Shown here piece by piece: positions 1-15,900 of a stretch of 64,000 nucleotides of DNA. The notes under the pieces were generated by a model. That model did not search any database. It saw only the letters and a list, made by a program, of their open reading frames with translations, and was not told the origin of the DNA. The stretch comes from Myxococcota bacterium. Its GTDB lineage: Bacteria; Myxococcota_A; Polyangia; Nannocystales; Nannocystaceae. The number at the start of each line of letters is the position of its first letter. Positions within the stretch are counted from its first letter, which is position 1. The stretch lies in NCBI GenBank assembly GCA_039194325.1, contig JBCCWC010000001.1:160001-224000 (forward strand), written 5' to 3'. The position numbers and the translations under genes were made by a program.

Positions 1-138
1 CTGGGTGAACTCCGAGCCCACATCGGTGACGCCGAGACGATGATGAGCCAGGCCAACGACGACGAGTTCCTCGACCGCCTCGAAGGAATCACCGACAACT
101 TGAAGCGGTCGTTCGCCCGGCTCAAGGATCGACTCTAA
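1..138 (+). CDS. 3' end of a hypothetical protein (partial)
   Basis: Frame 1 is open from the window edge (LGELRAHIGD...RLKDRL) to TAA at 136-138, with GC-rich third codon positions. Confidence 0.55.
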   Translation: MGELRAHIGDAETMMSQANDDEFLDRLEGITDNLKRSFARLKDRL

Positions 139-322
139 AGACATAAGGCGGCGCCGGCGATGATCGCAGCGTGTCGACCTCGACCGAGTCCGTGGCGAGC
201 CTCACTGCGCCGCCGCACGACCCTTCGAAGACGCACGCAGACCCGTGTGGCTCCACACGACGCCAACGGCTCGTAGACCCACTTAGCGCACGGCTGAGGG
301 CGGTTTGGTCCTGCTAGCGTAA

Positions 323-2011
323 TTGGTGATGCAGCAGCCTGCCGGCTCGGTGCCCGTCGCGGTCGACTTCGAGGTCGAGCCCGAACACTACCGCCACTGG
401 AAGGTCTCGTTCGACGGCCCGATCGCCCGGGTGACGATGGAGGTCGATCCCGAGGGAGGCCTGCGCGAGGGTTACGAGCTCAAGCTCAACTCCTACGACC
501 TGGGGGTCGACATCGAGCTGGCCGACATCGTCCGACGCATGCGCTTCGAACATCCGCAGGTGCGGGTCGTCGTGCTGCGCTCCGGCATCGACCGGGTGTT
601 CTGCGCCGGAGCCAACATCAACATGCTGGGTCAATCCACCCACGCATGGAAGGTCAACTTCTGCAAGTTCACCAACGAGACCCGCTGCGAGCTCGAAGAG
701 GCCTGCAGCGCCAGCCAGCAGGTCTACGTGGCCGCCTGCAACGGCACCACCGCGGGGGGCGGCTACGAGCTGGCCCTGGCGTGCGAGGAGATCTACCTGC
801 AAGACGACGGCAATTCGGCGGTGAGCCTGCCCGAGGTCCCGCTGCTGGGCGTGCTCCCGGGCACCGGAGGGCTCACCCGGCTGGTCGACAAGCGCAAGGT
901 GCGTCGCGATCGCGCCGACGTGTTCTCCACCACCGCGGAGGGGCTCCGCGGCAAGAAGGCCAAGCAATGGCGCTTGGTCGACGAGATCTTCCCACGCTCC
1001 AAGTTCGACGAGAAGGTCGCGGCGCGGGCTCAGCACCTGGCGGGCCAAGCCGCCACCACGCTGGCGGCCGGGGAACGCAAGGGGGTCACACTGCCTCGGC
1101 TGGCCCCTACGATCGAGGAGGGCACGCGCCGCTACCGACACGTGACCCTAACGACCGATCCTTCCGCTCGCACCGCCTCGATCACCATCGTCGGGCCCAC
1201 GGCGGACGACGTGGCGCTGCTGCGCCAAGGGGCCGCGGCCGCTCACGACGCCGGGGCCGACCTGTGGGCGCTGCGGGCCTACCGTGAGCTGGACGACGCG
1301 CTGCTGCACCTTCGTATCAACTATCCGCAGCTGGGCCTGGTGTTGGTGCGCGCCGAGGGCGACGCCCAAGCGGTGCTCGACCACGACGCGGCGTTGGTCG
1401 CCATCCGCGACCATTGGTTCGCCCGCGAGGTGCTCTTGCACATGGGTCGGGTGCAGCGCCGCATGGACAACACCAGCCGCTCGTTCTTCGCGCTGGGTAA
1501 CGCGGGCACGGCCTTCGCGGGCAACCTGCTTGAGCTGGCCCTCGCCGCGGATCGCTTCTACCTGCTCGATGATCCCGACAACCCCGTCTCGGTCGGCATG
1601 AGCGAACTCAACGAGGGCGCCTTGCCCATGGCCCACGGTCTGACGCGCTTGCAGACCCATCTATACGGTGAGCCCGATTCGCTCGATGGCCTGATCGGTC
1701 GGCGTGCGCTACTGGATCCATCGGAGGCCGACGAGGCCGGGTTGGTCACCGTGTTGCTCGACGACATCGACTGGGACGACGACGTTCGCATCGCCATCGA
1801 GGAGCGGGTGAGCCTTTCGCCCGACGCGCTGACCGGCATGGAGCAGAACCTCCGCTTCGCCGGCCCCGAGACCCCCGAGAGCAAGATCTACGCGCGGCTC
1901 TCCGCGTGGCAGAACTGGATCTTCATCCGACCCAACGCTACGGGCCCCGAGGGGGCTCTCACCCTCTACGGCCGCCCTGAGCGTCCCAGCTTCGACTGGC
2001 AGCGAGTCTAG
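323..2011 (+). CDS. boxC: 2,3-epoxybenzoyl-CoA dihydrolase (benzoyl-CoA-dihydrodiol lyase)
   Basis: Crotonase-type protein with YELKLNSYDLGVDIEL, KVNFCKFTNETR, GGGYELALAC and RLSAWQNWIF.RPNA; adjacent to boxB. Confidence 0.95.
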   Translation: MVMQQPAGSVPVAVDFEVEPEHYRHWKVSFDGPIARVTMEVDPEGGLREGYELKLNSYDLGVDIELADIVRRMRFEHPQVRVVVLRSGIDRVFCAGANINMLGQSTHAWKVNFCKFTNETRCELEEACSASQQVYVAACNGTTAGGGYELALACEEIYLQDDGNSAVSLPEVPLLGVLPGTGGLTRLVDKRKVRRDRADVFSTTAEGLRGKKAKQWRLVDEIFPRSKFDEKVAARAQHLAGQAATTLAAGERKGVTLPRLAPTIEEGTRRYRHVTLTTDPSARTASITIVGPTADDVALLRQGAAAAHDAGADLWALRAYRELDDALLHLRINYPQLGLVLVRAEGDAQAVLDHDAALVAIRDHWFAREVLLHMGRVQRRMDNTSRSFFALGNAGTAFAGNLLELALAADRFYLLDDPDNPVSVGMSELNEGALPMAHGLTRLQTHLYGEPDSLDGLIGRRALLDPSEADEAGLVTVLLDDIDWDDDVRIAIEERVSLSPDALTGMEQNLRFAGPETPESKIYARLSAWQNWIFIRPNATGPEGALTLYGRPERPSFDWQRV

Positions 2012-2044
2012 CCCTCGCCCTTACCCCCACTACCCGAGAGCACC

Positions 2045-3478
<1,434 letters not shown>

Positions 3479-3489
3479 GGCTATCGATG

Positions 3490-3540
3490 CCGAGGCCGGG
3501 TCGGGATGCGCGACGGCTGTCGCGCCCGGCCTCGGTCTTG
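3490..3540. repeat. REP-like palindromic element, copy 1 (possible terminator after boxB)
   Basis: Arms ccgaggccggg/cccggcctcgg enclose gcgcgac-ggct-gtcgcgc; 3504-3540 is identical to 41320-41356. Confidence 0.75.
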
Positions 3541-3908
3541 CGCAAGCGGCACCCAGGATGGACGAGAACCGGGGTTTTATAGATCGGTCCATGGATCGGG
3601 CCATGCATGAAGGTTCTCCCCACATCAACGCAAAAAACCAACGGCAACTCCAACGAAGCGAATACGCGACCATCCTGACACCCACAGTCACCGTGGACCA
3701 ACCACATCGGTCAAACAGCGAGCATCTCCCGCCCGGACCCAAGAAAACGAAGATCCCCGCCACCCGGTAGGATCACCCGATCCCCGAGCCTCAGTTCCCG
3801 GTGTTCGGCTCCGCCAGAACATGACACTGTCGGACACCCGCCGGGTTCCCGTCACCTACCGACTCCCAATCGGTCACCTCGGGCCCCGACCCAAGCGCGG
3901 AGATCAAC

Positions 3909-5156
<1,248 letters not shown>

Positions 5157-5319
5157 CCGCCGAGCCGATCGCCACCGAGATCGCTCGGCTCACGCCGCGA
5201 AGGATCACAGGCGCGGCGTGAGCCCCGGGCCGCTGGTCGAGGAGGCCCGACCGGCGGCCTCGACGGCCGATCGGCGGGCGGTCTGCCCGTGGCCTCATAG
5301 CCCCAGGGCCCATGGCCCC

Positions 5320-6738
5320 ATGGCCCCAGGCCACACCACCCCTTCGAAATCTCCGGGGCGAAGTAATAGGATCTTCGCCGTGCACCGGGCCCTCGGTCAA
5401 TTGCTGGCAGAGTCCGAGAGCGACGGCGGGCTCCACCGACGTCGATTTCTCGTGCTCGGCTGCCTGACCTGCGCCGGGCTCACCGCGGCCCTGTCCGGCG
5501 CGCGGCTGTTGCTGGAAGGGCCGAGCCCCGTCGCTGCCGTGCTGGCGGTCGTCGCGACCCTCTACATCATGGCGCCCGCCACCATGTGGCTGACACGCTC
5601 GACCACCATGCTGGCCTGGCTCTTCCCCGCCCTGGGGGCCCTGGGGATCGCGGCCATGGCCTCCGTGGAGGGCGGCTTGCTCTCCGAGGCCCTCTACTGG
5701 TTGCCCTTCACCCCGCTGATCGCCGTGCTCACCCGGGGGCTACGAGGCGCCGTGGTGATAGGAGCGCTGGCCCTCGCGATCTTGATCTCGCTGTGCGTCC
5801 TCGAGCTGAGCCGCTCCCCGCCCGATCCCGGCCCGACGCTCGAGCCCACCATGCTCTTGCTACGAACGATCGGCGTCGGAGGAGCGGCGATCTTCGGGGC
5901 CGCCCTGGCCGGGATCTGGGAGATCGACCGGCGCCAGCAGATCGCCGCGGTGACCCGAGCGCGTGAGATCGCCGAGGATGCCAACACGGCCAAGAGCCGC
6001 TTCTTGGCCTCCATGAGCCACGAGCTTCGAACCCCGCTCAACTCGATCCTGGGATTTTCCGCCGTGCTGCTCAAGAACCGGAGCGGCACGCTCGACGCGA
6101 CCAACCTCGATCACCTCGGGCGGATCAACAAGAACGGGCGCCGCCTGCTCTCGCTGGTCAACGACGTCCTCGACATGTCGCGGCTGGAGACCCAGCGGAT
6201 GAGCCTGGAGCTGGAGCCGGTGGCGCTCGCCGAGCTCATCGACGAGGTCGTCGACGACCTCTCGGCGCTGGTCACCGACAACCAGCAGCTGCTGGTGGAG
6301 ACCCCGTCCGTGCACCCGGTGATCGCCGACCGAGAGCGACTCGGACAGGTGCTGATCAACCTGGTGGGCAACGCGCTCAAGTTCACCCCCGAAGGGACGG
6401 TCCGCGTGATCCTGGTGTCCGAGCCCGAGCCCGAGAGCCCCGGCCAGGCCCTGCGGATCGACGTGGTCGACACCGGGATCGGCATCGAGCCCAAGCAGCA
6501 AGAGGCGATCTTCGAGCCCTTCCAGCAGGCCGACAAGGGGACCAGCCGCTCGTTCGAGGGCACGGGACTCGGGCTATCCATCGCCCGCACGATGTGCCGC
6601 CTGATGGGTTTCGACATCGTGGTGGTCAGCCAGCCCAGACGCGGATCGGTCTTCTCGATCGTGCTCTCGAACGAGGCCCCCATGCCCACGCTGCCCAGCC
6701 GCGAGCTGCGAGAGAGCTTCGAGCGAGCGCTGCCCTGA
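5320..6738 (+). CDS. membrane sensor histidine kinase (start uncertain, 5218-5380)
   Basis: Several TM helices; H-box FLASMSHELRTPL, N-box NLVGNALKFT, DTGIG, GTGLGL. Confidence 0.9.
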   Translation: MAPGHTTPSKSPGRSNRIFAVHRALGQLLAESESDGGLHRRRFLVLGCLTCAGLTAALSGARLLLEGPSPVAAVLAVVATLYIMAPATMWLTRSTTMLAWLFPALGALGIAAMASVEGGLLSEALYWLPFTPLIAVLTRGLRGAVVIGALALAILISLCVLELSRSPPDPGPTLEPTMLLLRTIGVGGAAIFGAALAGIWEIDRRQQIAAVTRAREIAEDANTAKSRFLASMSHELRTPLNSILGFSAVLLKNRSGTLDATNLDHLGRINKNGRRLLSLVNDVLDMSRLETQRMSLELEPVALAELIDEVVDDLSALVTDNQQLLVETPSVHPVIADRERLGQVLINLVGNALKFTPEGTVRVILVSEPEPESPGQALRIDVVDTGIGIEPKQQEAIFEPFQQADKGTSRSFEGTGLGLSIARTMCRLMGFDIVVVSQPRRGSVFSIVLSNEAPMPTLPSRELRESFERALP

Positions 6739-6790
6739 TCGAGACAGGCACGAAACGCGGGCACAAGGCGGGCACGTCCGCGCGCCCCCC

Positions 6791-7804
6791 TCAGTCGCTC
6801 GCCTCCTCGACGAAGACATTGAAGGACTTGCCGCGCCGCGCGAAATCCCGGTAACTGCCGCGGACGTCCAGCAGGCCGATCGCCTCGGTCGAGCGCCCGG
6901 GCGCCACGTTGAAGACCAACCGAGACACCGCCGTGAACGCACAATAAAGCCCGAGGCCGGCGCCGCCCGCCTTCTGGTCGATCTGCTCGGGCCCCCCCCG
7001 AAAGCACTTGGCCAGGTAGGCCAGGACCTTGTCGGCGGTGAGCGAGCCGTAGGGATCGCGGACGCTGACCGCAAGGTGGGTGCCGTCGAACGCCAGGCAC
7101 AGCTCGGCCTCGTCGTCGGCCGGTAGCGACACTTCGTCTCGGCGGGAGCGATGCTGGTGCAGCGGGCGACCACGGGGATCCCGAGGTGCGTTGTAAAGAG
7201 CGTTGGAGAGCAGCTCGCTCACCACGTTGCCGTATTGCATCACGATACGACGCAGGGCGTTGGCCTCCCGGGCGAACTCGATCGCGCTGCGCACCAGGGG
7301 CTCGATCTCGCCGGAGGAGCGTAGGGTCGAGCGCTGCACCTTGGCTCCCCAGGTCAAGTACTTCTCGACGGCGAAGGGATCGGCCCCCAGGAGCTTGCGG
7401 GCAGTCACGAGCAGCTCACCCCAGTCAAGCGCATGGTCGGAGGCGATGAAGTTCGTCAGGCCGATCCGCTGGAGCAGCAGGCCGAAGTGATCGGCCTGGC
7501 GAGGATCGGCGTAGAGCAGCACCTTGCCGCGCCGAGTGAGCTCGGGGAACGCCTCGACCAAGCACTCCCGGGAGCGCGAATCGAGCGGCTCGTAGTTGAC
7601 CAGCAGCAGGTCGAAGACCCCCTCGGCGGCCGCGGTCATCGAACCTTCTCGATACACGTCGCCCGTGATCGCCCTCATCACGCGCACGACGTCTCGGGCG
7701 CTCTGGGGGTCGCCGTCCATCACCACGATCCGAGGATCAGACGAAGGCGACGTCGCCGAGCGGATCGGAACCCCGCCCTCGGGGGCATGATCGGCCTCGA
7801 TCAT
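6791..7804 (-). CDS. degenerate receiver-like domain + RsbW/HATPase_c-like ATP-binding protein
   Basis: SELLSNA, DPYG and GAGLGL boxes; ATG at 7804 lies 4 nt after the stop of the upstream kinase gene. Confidence 0.7.
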   Translation of the reverse strand: MIEADHAPEGGVPIRSATSPSSDPRIVVMDGDPQSARDVVRVMRAITGDVYREGSMTAAAEGVFDLLLVNYEPLDSRSRECLVEAFPELTRRGKVLLYADPRQADHFGLLLQRIGLTNFIASDHALDWGELLVTARKLLGADPFAVEKYLTWGAKVQRSTLRSSGEIEPLVRSAIEFAREANALRRIVMQYGNVVSELLSNALYNAPRDPRGRPLHQHRSRRDEVSLPADDEAELCLAFDGTHLAVSVRDPYGSLTADKVLAYLAKCFRGGPEQIDQKAGGAGLGLYCAFTAVSRLVFNVAPGRSTEAIGLLDVRGSYRDFARRGKSFNVFVEEASD

Positions 7805-7808
7805 CGCC

Positions 7809-10010
7809 TCAGTCCTCGTCCCTTCGCCGGCTCCGCCGCAAGCGCTCGACCGCGGTGCTCGGCCGCAGCTCGAGCTCGGAGGAGGCGACGGTGTATCGGT
7901 TGGTATCCTGGTGAGAGATCGTCCGTCGCGACTCATCGTGCTCGCCGTGCTCGTCGTGCCCGATACGCTGCCGACCGGTCCCGGCGAGGCGCTGCGACAG
8001 CGAGCCCGCGTTGTCTCGATCTTTGGCGGTGATCTCCAGCCAGCGGCTGAACTCGGTGGAGCCAGGTCGCGCCCCGATCTTCTCCAGGGCGAACTCGAGG
8101 TCACGCTGCATGTCGCGCGCCCAAACGTAGCGCCCGGCCGGCCGCCGCGTCAGCGCCCGGTCGACGATCTCCCCCACCACGGCCGGCACCTCCGGGCGAA
8201 AGTCGAGCACACGAGGTGGCGACTGCTCAGCCCACTCGAGCACCTCCTCGCCCGTCACCGGGCACGGCGGAGGGCGGCTATCGGTCAGAAGCTCGAAGAG
8301 CACGGCCCCCAAGCCGTAGATGTCGGTGCGAGGGGAGATCTTGCCCAGCGCGGGATGCAGCTGCTCGGGCGCCATGTAGGCCGGCGTTCCCCACACCGTC
8401 TCGGGAAGCGCCCCCTCGAAGTGCTGCAAGACCCGCGCGATCCCAAAGTCGGTCAGCTTGATCGCTCCACAGCGCGAGACCAGCACGTTGCGAGCAGATA
8501 CGTCACAGTGCACCACCGACTCGGGGTTGGACGCGGACACCATGGTGTGGGCCGCATGGAGACCAGCGGCCACCGCGGCCGCGATCCGCAGCGCGTGTAC
8601 GACGGGGAAGGGCCGTGACAGATCCTGGACCATCCCTCGCAGCTCGCGTAGGTCCCAACCGTCGACATACTCCATCGCGATGAAGTGGCGCCCGTCCCGA
8701 CGCCCGAGGTTGAAGATCTGGACCACGTTGGGGTGCCCGATCCGAGCGGCCAGCCGAGCTTCGCGCAAGAACATCGTCACCGCCCCCTGATCGGCGGTGA
8801 GCTCTTCGTGCAGCTGCTTGATCACCACCAACTTGCTGAACCCTTCCTCACCCCGCAGGCGAGCCAAGGAGACCTCGGCCATCCCGCCACCCCCTAGGCG
8901 GTCGACGATCTCGTAGCGCTCGTAGAACCCAGAGGAGCCGGGGCTCAGGGTGGTCGTGGCCTTGGCGACGAGATCCTCCAGGTACCGCGTGAGCGGCTCC
9001 GGGACAGCGCGATCGACCCGGGCCATCGCCGTCTTCACGGCGGTTGGATCGAGCGTCGGGGCCTCGGGGCTCCCGCAGCTACGACACCGAAACCCCGGTG
9101 AGAGCACGCCATCCAGCGCCTGCGCTCCCACGACGAACTCCAGCTCGCCGTCGCACTCACAGCATCGAGCGGGGACCAGCACGCTGGCCACGCGCCACCG
9201 CCCGGTGTCGTCGTGCTCCGCCAGCTGCGTGGCGATCTGCGGGGTGACGTGGGCAAAGTATACGGGGATGTCGATCGGTTCCAGCGCTCGCTGCAGCTGC
9301 ACCAGCCCCTCAGTGGTGCAGTCGGTCAACCCTCCCAGCAGCATCACCACGTCGCCCTCGACCCCGTCGACGACCCGACGCAGCCGCGCGCGCTCGTCCA
9401 GCGCGCCGGCCAGCCACACCGCGGTCACGGTGGTGCGCACCTCTTTTCGGATCGACAGCGGCGCGCGGAGCCGGCCCCCGATCGCGCAGGCGAGCACCCG
9501 CTGGATGTCCAGCGGCGGGTGAGGTTCCCCCTTCGACGTGACGTACGCAAAATAGGTCGAGGGGATGTCATCGAACTCGGCGACCTCGCGACAGCGAGGG
9601 CACTCCACCCGGGGCAGATTGCCAGCACGCACGTCCGCGCTACACACACGAAGATCGAGATGCTCTTCGATCTCTTCGCTGCACCGAGGGCACACGTACG
9701 GGGCGAACAAAGTGATCACGTCGCCGGAGCCGCCGAAGCCATGCACCGTGTTGAGCTGGGCCATGACCGTCGGCCGACAGCCGATCAGCCCCAGGTACGA
9801 CGCGGTCATGTCGCGCAGCGCTCGGATCCACTCACGTACCCCGAACGAGGTGATCCGATGGACCTCGGCGAGATCGACGATGACCGCGCCATGACCCGCG
9901 AGCCGGACGAACTCCTCGGGATCGAAGCTCTCGTCGATGACCCCCGACACCCGCAGGAGGTTGCCCCCCTGGAACTGTTGGCAGCTCAGTGTGACGCCCC
10001 GGCCCTCCAC
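7809..10010 (-). CDS. Ser/Thr protein kinase with two N-terminal STAS-like/zinc-ribbon domains
   Basis: LGGGGMAEV, VIK, HCDVSARN, DFG, YMAPE; N-terminal DLAEVHRITSFGVREW with CxxC pairs. Confidence 0.85.
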   Translation of the reverse strand: MEGRGVTLSCQQFQGGNLLRVSGVIDESFDPEEFVRLAGHGAVIVDLAEVHRITSFGVREWIRALRDMTASYLGLIGCRPTVMAQLNTVHGFGGSGDVITLFAPYVCPRCSEEIEEHLDLRVCSADVRAGNLPRVECPRCREVAEFDDIPSTYFAYVTSKGEPHPPLDIQRVLACAIGGRLRAPLSIRKEVRTTVTAVWLAGALDERARLRRVVDGVEGDVVMLLGGLTDCTTEGLVQLQRALEPIDIPVYFAHVTPQIATQLAEHDDTGRWRVASVLVPARCCECDGELEFVVGAQALDGVLSPGFRCRSCGSPEAPTLDPTAVKTAMARVDRAVPEPLTRYLEDLVAKATTTLSPGSSGFYERYEIVDRLGGGGMAEVSLARLRGEEGFSKLVVIKQLHEELTADQGAVTMFLREARLAARIGHPNVVQIFNLGRRDGRHFIAMEYVDGWDLRELRGMVQDLSRPFPVVHALRIAAAVAAGLHAAHTMVSASNPESVVHCDVSARNVLVSRCGAIKLTDFGIARVLQHFEGALPETVWGTPAYMAPEQLHPALGKISPRTDIYGLGAVLFELLTDSRPPPCPVTGEEVLEWAEQSPPRVLDFRPEVPAVVGEIVDRALTRRPAGRYVWARDMQRDLEFALEKIGARPGSTEFSRWLEITAKDRDNAGSLSQRLAGTGRQRIGHDEHGEHDESRRTISHQDTNRYTVASSELELRPSTAVERLRRSRRRDED

Positions 10011-10028
10011 TCGACCACCTACTCGGCC

Positions 10029-10505
10029 CTACTGGGCTGGGGTGACGTGCAAGAAGCCGAAGAACGACTCGGGCAGGTCGTCGAAGATCATCGCCTCACC
10101 GCAGCGGGGGCACGGCACGTCCTGGGGGAGGCGAGGCATCACCCCCGCGGCCACCTCGAGCGGCAGGGCGTGCTCCTGGTGGCAGGACTCGCAGTAGTAC
10201 GGGGCCATCACCGACACCACCGTCGCGCGCCCCGACGCTCCGTCTACGAGGTTGAGCTGGTTGACGATCGACACCGAACAACGCGCGAGCGACACGTCCC
10301 GCCCGTCGCTGGCGCTCTGGATGAACTGGACCCACTCCCGGACCCCGGGCGACGTGATCCGCTCCACCCCGCTCAGATCGAGGGTCACGACCGGGGGCAG
10401 CTGCGCAATGGCATCGCACAGCCTCGCCGACTCGGTGATCGCACCGCGAAGACGAACAATGTCCTCACCGCGCTCCGTCCCCTCCACCCACCACGTCAGC
10501 GACAT
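10029..10505 (-). CDS. STAS-like protein with C-terminal zinc ribbon
   Basis: LDLSGVERITSPGVREW; CESC...CPRC...FDDLP. Confidence 0.8.
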   Translation of the reverse strand: MSLTWWVEGTERGEDIVRLRGAITESARLCDAIAQLPPVVTLDLSGVERITSPGVREWVQFIQSASDGRDVSLARCSVSIVNQLNLVDGASGRATVVSVMAPYYCESCHQEHALPLEVAAGVMPRLPQDVPCPRCGEAMIFDDLPESFFGFLHVTPAQ

Positions 10506-10741
10506 CGGTCGATGTCAGCATATCACGGCCACTCACAGCGGCGACCGTGCTCGGGGATCACCCGACTACGGATCCGCGCGGTCACCCGACTGTCGACACC
10601 GTCAGACTCCCTACCCTCCTGCCCGAGAGCCCGTGACGATCCGGTCTTGGCCCGGGCACGCGTGGTAGGCTGGTGAGGGCTCGCGCCGTGCCCACGCGCC
10701 AACAATCCGCTCGGGTCCCAACGCCCGATACTGTGCGATTG

Positions 10742-12915
<2,174 letters not shown>

Positions 12916-12919
<4 letters not shown>

Positions 12920-15900
12920 GCATCAGCAAGGCCAATCCGGCCGCCGGCGAGCCCGCCTCCCTCGTGCGCCACAACTCGGACTTGGCTTCGGACTCGGCTT
13001 CGGACTCGGCTTCGGCGTCAGCTTCGGCCCCGCGAGCGCGCCGAAGCTCGATCCCCCGCTTCGTCGTCCCCCGCTGGCTGGAGGTGCTCGACGACCTTGA
13101 GCTTCGCCTTAGGCGGCGGCTACCCGGAGGCGAGCCCGCATCCTCCGGCGGCGAAGCCAACAACGCGGGTCGACTCCAACCGGGCAGCGTCGTCAAGCAA
13201 CGGTACCGGGTAGAGTCGCTGATCGGGCGTGGGGGCATGGGACGGGTATGGCGCGCCATCGACCCCGTTCGCAACCGCGTCGTCGCGGTCAAGGAGCTCA
13301 CGGCGCGATCGCAGTCGACCTTCGACGACTTCGACGACTTCAGCGCCAAGCAGCGGCTAGCCAGCTTTAGCCGCGAGTTCTACACCATGTCGAAGCTGCG
13401 ACACCCGAGCATCGTCGAGGTCTTCGATTACGGGCTGCTCGGGGGCGGCTCCCGCTTCATCGTGATGGAGCTGGTCCCGGGCCAAGAGCTGCGAACCCTC
13501 GCGCGGGGCAAGAAGGTGCCGCTCTCGCAGGCTTTCAGCCTCGTCGAGCAGCTGGTGCGCGCGCTGGGCTTCATTCACTCGCGGCTCTACGTCCACTGCG
13601 ACATCAAGAGCGCCAACATCCGCGTTCGCCCCGATGGATCGATCAAGCTGCTCGACTTCGGGCTGCTCCATCAGCTGGGTACACCGACCGGCGACAACAT
13701 CAAGGGCACCCCCCAGTACATGGCCCCCGAGGTGATCCGAGGCGGCGTGATCGACGGACGGACCGATCTCTACTCGGTCGGGGTCCTCGCCTACGAGCTG
13801 ACCTACGGGGAGATGCCCTTCGGTGGGACCTCGCTCTACGAGGTGCTGGGCAAGCATTGCAACGCCAGGCCGCCCCGGCTGGGATCCGACCCGAACATCC
13901 CCCGACCGTGGGCCGAGATCCTCCTACGCCTGCTACGCAAGGATCCCGCCGATCGCTTCGCTGACGCCTCGGCGCTGCTGCGGGCCTTGTGCCCACTGAC
14001 CGGGAGCGCGGTCGAGCAGATCGACTCCCGGACCACCACCAGCTACCTGCGCACCGCCGAGCTGGTGGGACGCACCAACGAGGAGCGGCGGCTGTCCACG
14101 CTGCTCGGGGCCGTTCAAGAGCAGCGCGGCCACCCGCTATTCGTCTCCGGCGCGGCCGGGGTGGGTAAGACCCGGCTCCTGCAAGAGTTCCGGCTGAGCG
14201 CCAAGCTGGCCGGGGTCGAGACGATCGTGACCCGGTGCCACCCCGAGGCGTCGGCCCTCGCCCCCATCGGCGAGCTCGCCGCCCGCCTCAGCTTGCTCAG
14301 CAGCAACGAGATCCGGGCTCGCTACGCGCCACGCCTGGCGGGGCTGTTCCCCGGCCTCTTGGGGGGCTCGTCGCCCGCCCGGAGCGGCTCGATGCTCCAG
14401 TACCAGCAATCCCTGACCCAGTGGGCCCGGGAGTTCGCCGACCAGCTGCGCTTCATCCTCTTCGTGGAGGATCTGCACTGGGCCGACGCGGGCACGATCG
14501 ACATGCTCAACGCCCTACTCCGGGCCCTGCACGGCACCGGCGGCGCCGTCATCGGCACCTTCCGCGGCGACGAGGTCGATCGGCTGTCCGGGCTGTTCGA
14601 GACGGTCGACGACGGCCTCACCGAGGTGATGACCCTTGAGCCGCTGAGCGCCGACCACACCCACGAGCTCGTCTGCGCCACCATGGGCACCCGGCAGGGC
14701 CAAGAGCAGTGGCCCACGCTGCTCGAGCGGATCCACGAGGTCACCGCCGGTAATGCCTTCTTCATCACCGAGCTGTTGCGCGTGCTCATCGAAGAGGGAG
14801 CGTTCTGCATCGTCGGGGCGCAGTGGGTGCTGCAGACCGCCCCCGCCCGGCTCGAGCTCCCCCAGACCATCGCCGACGCCGTGTCGCGCCGCGTACGAAC
14901 CCTCCGCGGAGACGCGGCCGCGCTGTGCCGTCGCCTGGCTCCGCTGGGCCGCGTGCTGCCGATGGGCCTGGTCCGCGAGCTCGCCGAGGGGAGCGACGAA
15001 GATCTCTTCTCGCTCCTCGACGAGCTGGTCGAGCGCCAGTTCCTCAACGAAGGCGGCGCCACCATGACCTTCGCGCACGACACCGTGTGGCAGAGCATCG
15101 CGGATACGATGGGCGCCGAAGACCTCGCGCATGCCCACATGGCGGTCGCGCGGGCGCTGGACCGCAGCGAGCGCGAGCGCAAAGACGCGGCGCGCCTCGC
15201 CTATCACTTCGAACGCGGCGGCGATCACACCCGTGCCGTCGCCTGTTACCGCCGAGCAGGCGACGACGCCGACCGACGGCACATGAACCGGCAGGCGGCC
15301 GAGCACTATGCGCGCGCGGCCGATCTGGTCGAGGCCGAGGGCGCCGACGGCCGCGAAAAGACGCTCTTCGAGCTGTGGCGACGGGCGATCGATGCCGGCT
15401 ACACCGGCTACCCCGGGCTCGCCGTACGCTACACACAGAAGCTCCACGCGCTGTGGGAGCGCTACCTGGGCCAAGATCCGGCGCTGCTGAGCGCGGACTA
15501 CTACGCCAAGATCAGCCGCCTTCGCACCCGCCGGGGGCCGCTGACCCGGTGGAAGCTCAAGCGGGCCTGGCGTGACCGCACGATCGAGATCTCCGAGCGC
15601 GACCCCCTTCGGATCGTCCCCCAGATGGCGATCTATCGCAGCATGCAGGGCACGGTCTACGCCTCGGAGGGCAAGCTCGCCGAGCTGGCCAAGGTCTCCG
15701 ACCTCGTCCGCCGTCATCACGCCGAGGGGCCGCTGCTCGCCGCTGGCTTGCTCGGTGAGATCGGGGCCAACCTACACCTGGGCAAGTGGCGCGACCTGGA
15801 GAAGTTCTCGCGTGACGCCTGCGGCTGGTACGAGGACCACCTGGCGCGGGTCGGGGTCATGCCCCGCTACCTGTGGAAGGCCTATGTCTTCACCCAACAC

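Noticed and set aside
314..1141. Long antisense or alternate-frame ORFs (also 9213-10676, 14515-15720, 38091-39533 and many others)
   Set aside because: They shadow well-supported genes, lack motifs and are expected in high-GC DNA
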